DNA of 64,000 bases, taken from positions 62,259 through 126,258 of the forward strand of contig CALLJL010000017.1 of NCBI GenBank assembly GCA_938092135.1, given 5' to 3'. This document shows positions 9,093 to 18,500 of the stretch, in pieces (position 1 is the stretch's first letter; the number at the start of each line of letters is the position of its first letter). Source of the DNA: an uncultured bacterium. GTDB lineage: Bacteria > Acidobacteriota > Aminicenantia > Aminicenantales > CALLJL01. Both the position numbers and the translations under genes were made by a program. A model generated the notes under the pieces. That model saw only the letters and a list, made by a program, of their open reading frames with translations. It was not told the DNA's origin and searched no databases.

Positions 9093-9936
9093 CCATTTAG
9101 GAAGATATAAGTTTTTAGATTGTCTATTATTAAATAAGTTTTTTTATTCATACTTATTCAATGAATAGTATTAAGCTATTTGTCATGCCCAAGACGATAA
9201 TTTTTTTAATTATTATTAAGTTAGATTCCGAGGTAAAAATGTCAGAAATCTATCCCTCAGGCAGGCCGGAGGCTTAATTGCTACTTTCAGGCTTCTTATC
9301 TCATCTGCCCATAGAGATTTATTACATCTTTGTCTGTTCTTAGACAAAAACGGCAGTTTGAATATCTGCCCATAGGCTTTCTTGCGAATCCTTTTAGGCT
9401 TAAAGACTTGCCGAGAGTAAAATTTATGCTTGCTGAGGCATTAGAGAGCTACAACGTCACAAACTAACAATAAAGGTCTTTTTTTGTTCTAAAAAGGCAA
9501 TGGCATATTTTGTTTGCCAATTCGCCATCATAAATCCTCTATAGGTAACTGCTTCGACCGAAACTCCTTCACGCTCTCATTTTAGCGCTTCACCATAGCC
9601 AAGACCTGTGAAGCTACGCCTCTTTTTTCCCTAACGCCCTCCTAACTACTCTATTCTCCTAGGAAAAGCACCTTAATCAAATACTCCTGAACCAAACTAA
9701 TCAGCGCCACCTCAAAGTGATTCCTTTCCATTTCTTTATGCCAACGTAAAGTAACCTCTTTTATTTCGAGATTTTCTTCTTAAAAAGAGAGTTTTCGATG
9801 GCTCCCTTCCCATGATCAAATTGCAAACTATTTTGTCCACGGCAACTTTAAAGCATTTTGTATACCAGCTTTTTAAATAGCAAATAATTATTGCCACAGG
9901 CATCTGATTTAATTATTATAGGCATGTTTTTTCTCC

Positions 9937-10422
9937 TTGAGGAGGACTGAGCTTATGGAAAAAAGGATTATCACTTTTTGTTTGATTTTCTTTGGGATAA
10001 TATCGTCTCTTCCAGTTTCAGCCGAGAATTACGGCATAGGATTCATTTTTGTCGATCCTACTGGTCTGAGCGCTAAAATGTGGTTTGGCCACCGACAGTC
10101 TCTGGCTGGAGCGATTGGCTGGGCGAGTGAGAAAAACAATCCTCTTCTTATCCAAATCGATTATCTCCCCCCGTCTCTTCACCTTTTAAGCGACGTGAAT
10201 CTTAAAGTGAACTTTTACTATGGCCTCGGCGGACGTCTCGTTTTTAATGGCGAGGCCGAAGGAGGCTTTCGCTTTCCCCTTGGTTTTGACTTTCTTGCCC
10301 AGAAAGCTCCTCTGAATTTTTTCTTTGAAATAGTTCCAGTTTTCTTGTTTTCTCCTGAAGCTAAGCTTACTCTGAAGGGAGCTATTGGGATTAGGTATAT
10401 CTTCAGTCATCTAGGTCAATGA
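9937..10422 (+). CDS. Secreted/outer-membrane beta-barrel-like small protein
   Basis: Has a signal peptide and ends in aromatic residues (..IRYIF). The likely true start is the ATG at 9955, which has a GGAGGA RBS. Confidence 0.45.
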   Translation: MRRTELMEKRIITFCLIFFGIISSLPVSAENYGIGFIFVDPTGLSAKMWFGHRQSLAGAIGWASEKNNPLLIQIDYLPPSLHLLSDVNLKVNFYYGLGGRLVFNGEAEGGFRFPLGFDFLAQKAPLNFFFEIVPVFLFSPEAKLTLKGAIGIRYIFSHLGQ

Positions 10423-10529
10423 CCTTAATTTATTAATTTAAAAATTAGCTAAAAAATGTAAACAAGGCTAAATTCTTAATGAAAACTAAAATGGGTTTAT
10501 CCCCGTAAAAATAAAAGAAAGGAGATTAA

Positions 10530-11537
10530 ATGAATCTACGAAAAATTTTTGGCGTAGCTTGTATCGCCCTTCTCTTTCTTTTCCCTTTATCCTGTGCCCG
10601 GAGAGCCAAAGCCCCTCAAGCTGGCCGGGCTAAGGCAATGGATTTAATCCAGCTTCTCCCTAAAAATTGTTTTGGGATTTTTGCCTGGGATGTTCGGCGA
10701 ACCATGGACACTTCTTTAGCCCGCCATTCCCTCGAGGACAAGGAAGTAAAAACCAAAATTGAGGAAATCAAGAATCAAATCGGAATTGACCTAACTAAGG
10801 ATGTCTTTCTAATTGCTGGCGGTATAATGAGTGCGGAAGGAAAGGAGCAGCAGCCTGCAGCCATTATCAATTTGCGCTATAATCAAGATAAAATTTTAAA
10901 TTTCATCAAAGAAAAGATTCCTCAAGCCCTTGATGAAATTGTTTACGAGAAAAAAACCATTTTTAAAATAGCTTCTGAGAAAGAGCCCCCGACAGCCTTC
11001 ACCTTTTACAATGAATCGAATATTTTTGTCGGCACCATTGAAGGCATTGAGAAAATTATCGATGTTTGTGTCGGCAAAGCTGAAAGTATCCGCATGAACG
11101 ATGAATTTAATTCTCTGCTTAAAAAAACCAAAACCGAATCTTTAAGCTGGAGTGCTTTCCTTCTACCGCCTGAAGCCATGGCTGAATTAGCTAAAAGTAA
11201 TGTTATGCTCAGTTCCCTTGAGAAATTACAATCCCTAGCTATATCTTTTGATTACAAGAATAAAAATCTTGTTGCTGAAATTACGGCCAGGGGAAGCGAT
11301 GAAACCCATCATAAGCAATTAGCGGAATTCCTATCCGGGATGAGAAGTATGGGCGTAATGATGGCCAATAAATATCCTGAAGTGGTCGATGTCCTGAACA
11401 GGCTAGAAATAACGTCAACCCCCCAACAGGTAAGTCTCAGTTTTACTTTACCTGAGGACCTTCTGATTAAACTGAGTGATCGAATGAAAAAGGAAGTGGA
11501 GGCTAATTTACCTCGCCTTATGGAAAGAAACTTCTAA
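10530..11537 (+). CDS. Lipoprotein, function unknown
   Basis: Signal peptide with a lipobox (FPLSC). Confidence 0.5.
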   Translation: MNLRKIFGVACIALLFLFPLSCARRAKAPQAGRAKAMDLIQLLPKNCFGIFAWDVRRTMDTSLARHSLEDKEVKTKIEEIKNQIGIDLTKDVFLIAGGIMSAEGKEQQPAAIINLRYNQDKILNFIKEKIPQALDEIVYEKKTIFKIASEKEPPTAFTFYNESNIFVGTIEGIEKIIDVCVGKAESIRMNDEFNSLLKKTKTESLSWSAFLLPPEAMAELAKSNVMLSSLEKLQSLAISFDYKNKNLVAEITARGSDETHHKQLAEFLSGMRSMGVMMANKYPEVVDVLNRLEITSTPQQVSLSFTLPEDLLIKLSDRMKKEVEANLPRLMERNF

Positions 11538-12364
11538 TCCTCAGCTTTCGGTTCCTTAAACTCAAAAAGAAGGCAGGCGAGAGAAAGGAAAAAGAGGCTT
11601 ATGCCCAAAAGAACAAGAATAGCGTATAAAGGTTTAGTTGGCTCCAGCTGAAAGGTTAGGAAGGAAAAGCGTCCTGAGGAAGGAAGAGGAATAATTGATT
11701 TTATATAGTGAATAATCGCCAGACGCTGAGTCGAACCAGGGAAATACTGAATCACATTTTCCCAGCCGAAACTGAAAATAAGTCCAAAGAAGACGGAGCG
11801 ACGCATGGCTGCGCCCAGAAAGGCAAAGAAAGCAGTATAAGCCAAAAGGCCAAGGCCTAAAACCCCGATGTCCCTAATCAAAAAGCCATAAAGGGAAGTT
11901 TTAGACAAGCTTTCTAAATTCAAAATAACAAAAGAAACAACGAGTCCAGTTGCAATAAAAATACCCGCAAGAACGAGGGTGGATAAATATTTGCCAACAA
12001 CAATAGCGGGTCGCGGCACCGGCCTTGTCACTAAATAAGCCCAGGTGCCGGCTTCGAGATCCTCAGTACAAATAGAAGTGCCATAAAAGAGAGTTAAGAC
12101 TAAAATTAAAAATTGAAAAACAAAAAGAAGGACAGCATTGTTGAAGAAATACAGGCCGTCAAAACTGGTATCAGGGGATAATGTCTGGTGAATTCTTAAT
12201 GAAAGGGCAATAAAAATTGGTGAAAAACAGAGCAGAGCAAAAAGACGGCTTTTCTTGCTTCTCTTTCCCTGAAATAGTGAAAGCTGAAAAACAATTTTAG
12301 TTCCAGTCCAAAAAAGTGAACCCTTCTTTTCTCGCTCTCCTTGCTGAATCATTGCTCCGCTCAT
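11534..12364 (-). CDS. ABC-2 type transporter permease
   Basis: Multi-transmembrane protein whose start overlaps the upstream ATPase gene as ATGA. Confidence 0.55.
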   Translation of the reverse strand: MSGAMIQQGEREKKGSLFWTGTKIVFQLSLFQGKRSKKSRLFALLCFSPIFIALSLRIHQTLSPDTSFDGLYFFNNAVLLFVFQFLILVLTLFYGTSICTEDLEAGTWAYLVTRPVPRPAIVVGKYLSTLVLAGIFIATGLVVSFVILNLESLSKTSLYGFLIRDIGVLGLGLLAYTAFFAFLGAAMRRSVFFGLIFSFGWENVIQYFPGSTQRLAIIHYIKSIIPLPSSGRFSFLTFQLEPTKPLYAILVLLGISLFFLSLACLLFEFKEPKAED

Positions 12365-13290
12365 GCTTTTCCTATTAAATAATCAAAGACAGCCTGAAGA
12401 TTATCGTCAGGCGAAGTAATTTCTTCAATTGATATCTCGCCTTTGGCCACCAATTGGAGAAGAAATTCAAAAAATTTATCTCGGTCTCGGGTTTCAACGA
12501 GAAGGTCCTCATCATTTTCCCCAAAATAGGCCTTGACCACATAGGATTTCTGGATAAGAAAGGCGGCCAGCCGCCTCGAATCGACCGTTTTAATGGAAAC
12601 GACATGGGGATGGCGTTCAATTAAATCGCGAATCTCATGGATTTCTCCTTGAGCGAAAACTTTACCTTGATGAATGAGAATAATCTGCTTTGTGAGAGCC
12701 TCGATCTCAGGCAAAATGTGGCTCGAAACAATGACCAATCGACCCTCGCGGCCAAAGTCACGGATTAATCGGATCATCTTTCTTTTACCCAGCGGATCCA
12801 ACCCATTAAGCGGTTCATCGAGAATAAGTATTTCAGGGTCATGAGCAAGGGCTTGAGCTAATTTCAATCTCTGGCGCATTCCTCGGCTATAACTTCTTAT
12901 TGGTCGATCAGCATCAGCCTCGAGCTCAACAAGAATGAGCATTTCCTTTGCCTTTTCAGCTGCCTCTTTCTCGGAAAAATGATGAAGTCTGAGCATCCAG
13001 TAAAGAAATTCTCGGCCAGTAAAGCCCTCAAAAAAAGCATCCTGCTCGGGACAATAACCGAGCCGATAAAATAAATCAGCCCTTCCTCTCACCGGCCGAC
13101 CATCTATGGTAACCAACCCGAGGCTTGGTCTTATCTGGCCTGTAATTAATTTAAGGAGAGTTGACTTGCCGGCTCCGTTGGGACCTAAAAGCCCAGTGAT
13201 TCCAGGACCAATCTCAAGATTGACATCACTTAAGCCCAAGACATTGCCATACCAGCGAGAAAGATTCTTGGTCACAATCAGCGGCTTCAT
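12361..13290 (-). CDS. ABC transporter ATP-binding protein
   Basis: Walker A GPNGAGKST, the ABC signature LSGGMRQRL-like (YSRGMRQRLKLA), and Walker B ILILDEP. Confidence 0.85.
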   Translation of the reverse strand: MKPLIVTKNLSRWYGNVLGLSDVNLEIGPGITGLLGPNGAGKSTLLKLITGQIRPSLGLVTIDGRPVRGRADLFYRLGYCPEQDAFFEGFTGREFLYWMLRLHHFSEKEAAEKAKEMLILVELEADADRPIRSYSRGMRQRLKLAQALAHDPEILILDEPLNGLDPLGKRKMIRLIRDFGREGRLVIVSSHILPEIEALTKQIILIHQGKVFAQGEIHEIRDLIERHPHVVSIKTVDSRRLAAFLIQKSYVVKAYFGENDEDLLVETRDRDKFFEFLLQLVAKGEISIEEITSPDDNLQAVFDYLIGKA

Positions 13291-14159
13291 CGAATAACCT
13301 CAACGGCCTTGATCTTGCGAATTATGAAATAGCCGGCCAAAAAACAAAAAAGGCCTAGGGTAAGTAATGACCAAAACCAGGGAATTGGTTGCACCGGCTT
13401 AACTCTAAAGGCAAAAGAGGCTACCTGTTGTAGATTAAATTTAATCGAAAGGAGAGAAAGGAAAGGTCGGCGAAACCAGTTATAGAGAAAAGCATAGAGA
13501 AAATCGGAAAAAAAATAAACGGCAAAAACGATTACCGATACATATCTGGAATTGCGGCTAAGGCAGGAAAGAAAAAGGGTATAGAGGCAGAAGAATAAAG
13601 TTAAAAAAAGACTATAGCCTATGATTGATAGGGGAAGCCAGGGATAACTTCTAAGAAGGCTGAAATTGCCGGCAAAAAGCATCTTGATTAAAATAAAAAT
13701 AATTGCCGGAAAAATGGTCAATGTGAGAACAAAAAAAGCGACGACCGCTGCTTTTCCCACGAGATAATCCTTCTTTTTTAAAGGACGGCTAAAATAAAGA
13801 GGCAGAGCATTAAAACGAAAATCATCGGCTATTAAGCCGGCACCAGCAAAGACCATTATGAGGATTAACATAAAGAGGAGAAAATCGCTGGCGAGATAAC
13901 TTTTAAAAAAATTGGGATTAACCTCAAACAAAACCAGTCGGCCACCTCGCGTCATAAACTTAAAATCTTCAATTCTTTCTGAAATATATATAGCCACAAT
14001 AAAGAAAAAGGCAGGTAAAAAGGAAAGAGCAAAGACAGGTCGAAAATATTTTCGGCGGAATGCCAGTTTAAGATTAAGCCTAGTTATAGGCCACCAGGGC
14101 CAACGCCTTTCAATGAACTGACCATTCCAATGACTATATCCATGTTCTCTTATCATCAA
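13287..14159 (-). CDS. ABC transporter permease (membrane protein)
   Basis: Multi-transmembrane, translationally coupled to the genes on either side. Confidence 0.5.
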   Translation of the reverse strand: MMIREHGYSHWNGQFIERRWPWWPITRLNLKLAFRRKYFRPVFALSFLPAFFFIVAIYISERIEDFKFMTRGGRLVLFEVNPNFFKSYLASDFLLFMLILIMVFAGAGLIADDFRFNALPLYFSRPLKKKDYLVGKAAVVAFFVLTLTIFPAIIFILIKMLFAGNFSLLRSYPWLPLSIIGYSLFLTLFFCLYTLFLSCLSRNSRYVSVIVFAVYFFSDFLYAFLYNWFRRPFLSLLSIKFNLQQVASFAFRVKPVQPIPWFWSLLTLGLFCFLAGYFIIRKIKAVEVIR

Positions 14160-15067
14160 TCAACTCCCACAGCTCGGGCAAAAAAATCTTCCAAGCTATA
14201 TTGGCTCGGCTTAAAATGCCTGATTTGAATACCGGCTTTCAGGGCAGCCACAAATATTTCTTTTGAGTCGACCTCAGAAGGAAGATAAAGCCTGATCAAA
14301 CCGTCCTCAGTTATCTCAGCCCGACAGCCAAGAGGCCTAAGTTCCTCCAACCATTTCTCTTTCTCGCCTTTAATCTTAATTTCGTATAAACGAAAATTCA
14401 TTGTTTTTAATTCTTTTATTTTCCCCTGAGCCACCACCTTTCCCCGATTAAGAATAACCACATTTTCACAGACAGTTTCGATATCAGACAGGATATGAGA
14501 GGAGAGCAAGATTTGAATGCCCTTTCCATTAGCCAAATCCTTGATTAGCTCCAAAACCTCGACCCTTCCCTGGGGATCAAGATTACTGGTCGGCTCATCA
14601 AGGAAAAGAAGCTTCGGGTCGTGGACTAAAGCCTGAGCCAGTTTAAGTCGTTGCCTCATGCCGGCAGAATAGGTTTCGAGAAGTCGATAACGGGCCTCAC
14701 CTAAGCCGACATAAAATAGAACTTCATGGGCCCTTTTCATAGCTTCCTGGCGGGGCATACCGGCTAATTCGCCAAAAAAGGCCGTAAAGGTAACAGCATC
14801 CATGCCAGGAAGAAAGCAATCATCCTCAGGCATATAGCCAATAAATTGACGAATTTTTTTCTGCTCAGAAAGAATATCATAACCGAGAATCTGTCCATAA
14901 CCTTTTTCGGGTCTGAGAAAGCCAAGCAGAATTTTTATTAGAGTGGTTTTGCCAGCTCCATTGGGGCCAAGGAGACCAATTGCCCCACCTTCAAGAGACA
15001 AGCTAACATCATCGAGGGCCTTAATTGGCCCATAGCTAAAACTAATATGGTGAACCTCAAGGCTCAA
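14156..15067 (-). CDS. ABC transporter ATP-binding protein
   Basis: Walker A GPNGAGKTT, signature YSAGMRQRLKLA, Walker B LLFLDEP. Confidence 0.85.
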   Translation of the reverse strand: MSLEVHHISFSYGPIKALDDVSLSLEGGAIGLLGPNGAGKTTLIKILLGFLRPEKGYGQILGYDILSEQKKIRQFIGYMPEDDCFLPGMDAVTFTAFFGELAGMPRQEAMKRAHEVLFYVGLGEARYRLLETYSAGMRQRLKLAQALVHDPKLLFLDEPTSNLDPQGRVEVLELIKDLANGKGIQILLSSHILSDIETVCENVVILNRGKVVAQGKIKELKTMNFRLYEIKIKGEKEKWLEELRPLGCRAEITEDGLIRLYLPSEVDSKEIFVAALKAGIQIRHFKPSQYSLEDFFARAVGVD

Positions 15068-15152
15068 CTCTTATCCTTTCCTCTTTTTACAAAATCTTCA
15101 TAACTAAATTTAAAAAAATTGTTATCATAAAGGGGAAACAGGTTGCAACTGC

Positions 15153-16832
15153 TCATTCTTCTAATTTCTCAGAGCCAAATATTTCGGGACACACAGCATA
15201 CCCATCGCCTTCAACCAAAGCTCGATAGGCCCTTTCAATTCTATCCCAGTTCTTTTCCCGATCAAGGGACCAATACCTTCCCATAACAGTCACTAACTCG
15301 CCGCAATTTAACTCTTTCGTCTTTTCCTGCACCTTCTTCATGTAATGAATCCCACTTTCAGGTCTTTCCCCCCGGCGGCCGATAAAAGCATGGATATAAA
15401 CCTTTTTTAAATCCTGGGCGCGGGCCATTTCCAAAAGACCAAAAAGATGGCGGATAGTGCCATGGGAACTATAATGGGAAACAATGCCCATTAGATGAAG
15501 AGAGTGGTTGGAAAGAAGGGCCCGGCTCATGGCCTCGAGGAGAATTTCATTCTTAAAGAAACTCCCATCAGCCAGGCTATGGTCTATTCTTACTCGGTCA
15601 AGCCATAAACGGCGACCTGCCCCAAGATGAAGATGGCCAGCTTCGGAGTTACCCACTGTCCCAGGCGGCAGGCCCACCGCTTCTCCTGAAGCTTCAAGCA
15701 GAGAATGGGGAAAGGTGAACCATAAGAAATCAAAATTGGGGGTTAAAGCTTCGGTGATTAGATTGCCATAGGTATTTTCTCGGATTCCCCAGCCATCAAG
15801 AATTAATAGAACTAAAGGAGCTTGAGAAAAGGAATTTCGATTATAAAAATTGGAAATTCTTTCCTTTTTTTCTGAAGGAACATTTCGAGGAGGGTTGAGA
15901 ATAAGACTCTTCCCGGTCATCTCTTCAGGTTTAGGGAGACCAAGAAGCTCAAGGACGGTTGGCGCTACATCGGCCAGTTCACCCCTTTCTTTTAATTTAA
16001 TTTTTGTTGCCTCTTTAAAACGAAAATCGCCTAAAATGAAAGGGACAGGATTTTTAGTATGGCCAGTATTTATGGCTCCCTCTGGATAGAGCCATTCTTC
16101 TACGGTTCCATGGTCAGCGGTAACAATTAAACAGACTTGGGCCTGCGAACAGGCAGTCACTATTTTGCCTAAACAGCTATCTACTTTCTCCACGGCTCTA
16201 ATCACCGCCTCTTTATTTTCATAATGGCCGATGACATCCACGTTGGCCAGATTAGCGATAATTAAATGGTGGCTTCTCTCTTTTATTCTCCTTATGACCT
16301 CCTGGGAGATTTCTTCAGCCTTCATTTCGGGTTCATTTTCATGGGAATCAAGGGTTGAAGAAGGAATGATGATTCTTTCTTCCCCGGGAAAAGTGGCCTC
16401 TCTTTTTCCATTGAGGAAAAAACCAAGATGGGCTGCCTTTTCTGATTCAGTTATCTTAACAACTCTTAAACCATGGCGGCAGACAGTTTCGACTAAGGTA
16501 TTTCTCAGCTCAACCTCATTCGGAAAGGCTACTTTGACCTTTAGGGATGGAGCATAAGCCACGAGCGTGACAAAAAATAGCTTAGGAAATTTTCTTCTCT
16601 GGAAATGAGGGAAATCCTCTTCAGTCAGGCTCTGGGTTAGTTCTATTTCTCTTTCTCCTCTAAGATCGTAAAAAATGACGGAATCCCCATCTTCCAGACG
16701 ACCGACTGGCTGATAATAGGAATTATATCTGATAATCGGCTCCAGGGTTTCATCACCCTGCCCTTTCTGATAAAGAGTTCTGATGGCCGCAGTAAAACTG
16801 GGGAAAAATTTTTTTTCAGCCAAGGAGATCAC
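15153..16832 (-). CDS. gpmI: 2,3-bisphosphoglycerate-independent phosphoglycerate mutase (iPGM), apparently circularly permuted
   Basis: Residues 1-~310 match the canonical iPGM C-terminal half (ESEKAAHLGFF, ANLANVDVIGH, TADHGTVEE, NPVPFI, MTGKSL). Residues ~335-559 match the canonical N-terminal half (LILDGWG, ASGEAVGLPPGTVGNSEAGH, HLMGIVSHYSSHG, IHAFIGRRGERP, GRYWSLDREKNWDRIERAY). Confidence 0.8.
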   Translation of the reverse strand: MISLAEKKFFPSFTAAIRTLYQKGQGDETLEPIIRYNSYYQPVGRLEDGDSVIFYDLRGEREIELTQSLTEEDFPHFQRRKFPKLFFVTLVAYAPSLKVKVAFPNEVELRNTLVETVCRHGLRVVKITESEKAAHLGFFLNGKREATFPGEERIIIPSSTLDSHENEPEMKAEEISQEVIRRIKERSHHLIIANLANVDVIGHYENKEAVIRAVEKVDSCLGKIVTACSQAQVCLIVTADHGTVEEWLYPEGAINTGHTKNPVPFILGDFRFKEATKIKLKERGELADVAPTVLELLGLPKPEEMTGKSLILNPPRNVPSEKKERISNFYNRNSFSQAPLVLLILDGWGIRENTYGNLITEALTPNFDFLWFTFPHSLLEASGEAVGLPPGTVGNSEAGHLHLGAGRRLWLDRVRIDHSLADGSFFKNEILLEAMSRALLSNHSLHLMGIVSHYSSHGTIRHLFGLLEMARAQDLKKVYIHAFIGRRGERPESGIHYMKKVQEKTKELNCGELVTVMGRYWSLDREKNWDRIERAYRALVEGDGYAVCPEIFGSEKLEE

Positions 16833-16946
16833 TTTTTATTTCCTAGTTCCTTTCAATTTTTCTTGAAATAATTATTATAATCAAATCATTTTTTTGGCCA
16901 AAATTTAAAGTAGCCTTTCTAATCTGTTTAGGATTAAAATAATTAT

Positions 16947-17297
16947 ATGAAAGAAAATATCCATCTTTCTTCAGGTTTTTGGGTAATGTTAGCCTTTTTC
17001 TTCCTCGCTTTCTGGCTTGTTTCTCCTTTTATTAAAATTGATTCGTCTGATTATGAACACGCCCAAAGAAACATGTATCGTCTTTTTTTTGGCCTCTTCA
17101 TTTTAATTATTGAGCTAGGCATTCTATCTTTCGAAACCTTTTCACCTCAAGGATTCGCCCGAAAAGTCTCCAACATGAGAGCTGTCGCTGTCTTTGTCTT
17201 TGGTCTTCTTCTTCTTGCCTTCATTATTTTTATTGTCGCTCAATCGGCCGTTATCTATTTAAGAACCGGTCTAAATCAAATCGAATCTCCCTATTAA
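16947..17297 (+). CDS. Small integral membrane protein, function unknown
   Basis: Three to four hydrophobic helices. Confidence 0.35.
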   Translation: MKENIHLSSGFWVMLAFFFLAFWLVSPFIKIDSSDYEHAQRNMYRLFFGLFILIIELGILSFETFSPQGFARKVSNMRAVAVFVFGLLLLAFIIFIVAQSAVIYLRTGLNQIESPY

Positions 17298-17396
17298 TTT
17301 TTTCTTATTCTAGTCTTTTTTCTTTCCTATTTTTTAGGCATAAATTTTTTTAAAATGATTAAATCCTTCGAAAATATTTATGTCTTGAGAAAAAAT

Positions 17397-18401
17397 TTAT
17401 GGAGATTTATTTTTTTCGGGGAAAGAAAGGGTCAGTAGGCTCATCGGGTCAATTCGGCTTTCACCCACCCTGACACTCCAGTGAAGATGGGAACCAGTCG
17501 AAAGTCCGCTACTGCCAACAAGACCAATGACCTCTCCCTTTTTTATCCCTTGGCCCCGCCGGACAAGAATTTTGTCAAGATGATGATAGGAGGTAAAAAG
17601 CCCTAAACCATGATCGATAATAACCATTTTACCTGAAAAATAAAAATCGGAAGCTAAAACTATCCGCCCAGCGTTAGAGGCCACAACTGGCTCTCCCCGT
17701 GCCGCGGCTATATCAACCCCATTATGAAAAGAAGTTCTTTGATTATTATAAAGACGCCGGTCCCCAAACTGAGCAGTTAGCCTCCCGGAATGGGGCAGAA
17801 TAAAAGAACCATCTCCAAGCCATTCGGGCGTCACTATGGATAAAATTACCTTTAAAATTTCAGTTTCCCTTTCAATTCTTTCGCGCACTTCAAGGGGAGG
17901 CTTGATATACTGGGGGGCTACCTGAAGCTTTCTCGCTCGAAATTCTCTAGGTCTGAGATTAATAGGGAATTCAAATAATTCCCAGCTTTTATCTTCCCGC
18001 TGAGCAAAGAGTCGGAAGATGTGCTCGCCTGGTTCGAGCTCTCCATCAAGACCAATGAAGGCAAAATAAATTTGATCTGAGGATTGACGAAAGGGAAAAA
18101 AATAAAATTTTTGTCCCTTATAGGTTATCCAGGCCCTTTCAATTTTCGTCCAGCCATCAAGTCTAGCCAGGACTATCTCGCCAGGTTTAAAGGAGTGGGC
18201 CTCCAATCGAAGTCTTAAGCCAGAAGGTGTTGTCAGCTCAATTTGATTTTTATTCTCCTCAATTTTAATCGGATAAGAAAAACTTCCCTCGAAGGAAAAA
18301 TTCCGGCCGGCGGCCAATAGCCCGATAAAGGAAAAAATCAAAGAGTATGAAAATAAATTTTTTATTCTGGATAGGCAATCAATTTTATAGAAAACTATCA
18401 T
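17397..18401 (-). CDS. M23 family (LytM-type) peptidase
   Basis: C-terminal HLHWSVRVGESRIDP and HNGVDIAA motifs, plus an N-terminal signal/anchor. Confidence 0.8.
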   Translation of the reverse strand: MIVFYKIDCLSRIKNLFSYSLIFSFIGLLAAGRNFSFEGSFSYPIKIEENKNQIELTTPSGLRLRLEAHSFKPGEIVLARLDGWTKIERAWITYKGQKFYFFPFRQSSDQIYFAFIGLDGELEPGEHIFRLFAQREDKSWELFEFPINLRPREFRARKLQVAPQYIKPPLEVRERIERETEILKVILSIVTPEWLGDGSFILPHSGRLTAQFGDRRLYNNQRTSFHNGVDIAAARGEPVVASNAGRIVLASDFYFSGKMVIIDHGLGLFTSYHHLDKILVRRGQGIKKGEVIGLVGSSGLSTGSHLHWSVRVGESRIDPMSLLTLSFPEKNKSP

Positions 18402-18500
18402 AGTCTTATAAGCTTTTTATTCAAAAAAAAGAAATTTTCTTAAAGTTTGGGAATTTAAACTTCAAAAAGTACATCTTAAAATCTTTTAATCCTTTCTGGC

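Noticed and set aside
9093-9936. A tRNA or tmRNA gene in the long intergenic stretch
   Set aside because: No GGTTCGAnTCC-type T-arm was found, and no acceptor-stem pairing could be seen by eye. The region is AT-rich, unlike structured RNA genes.
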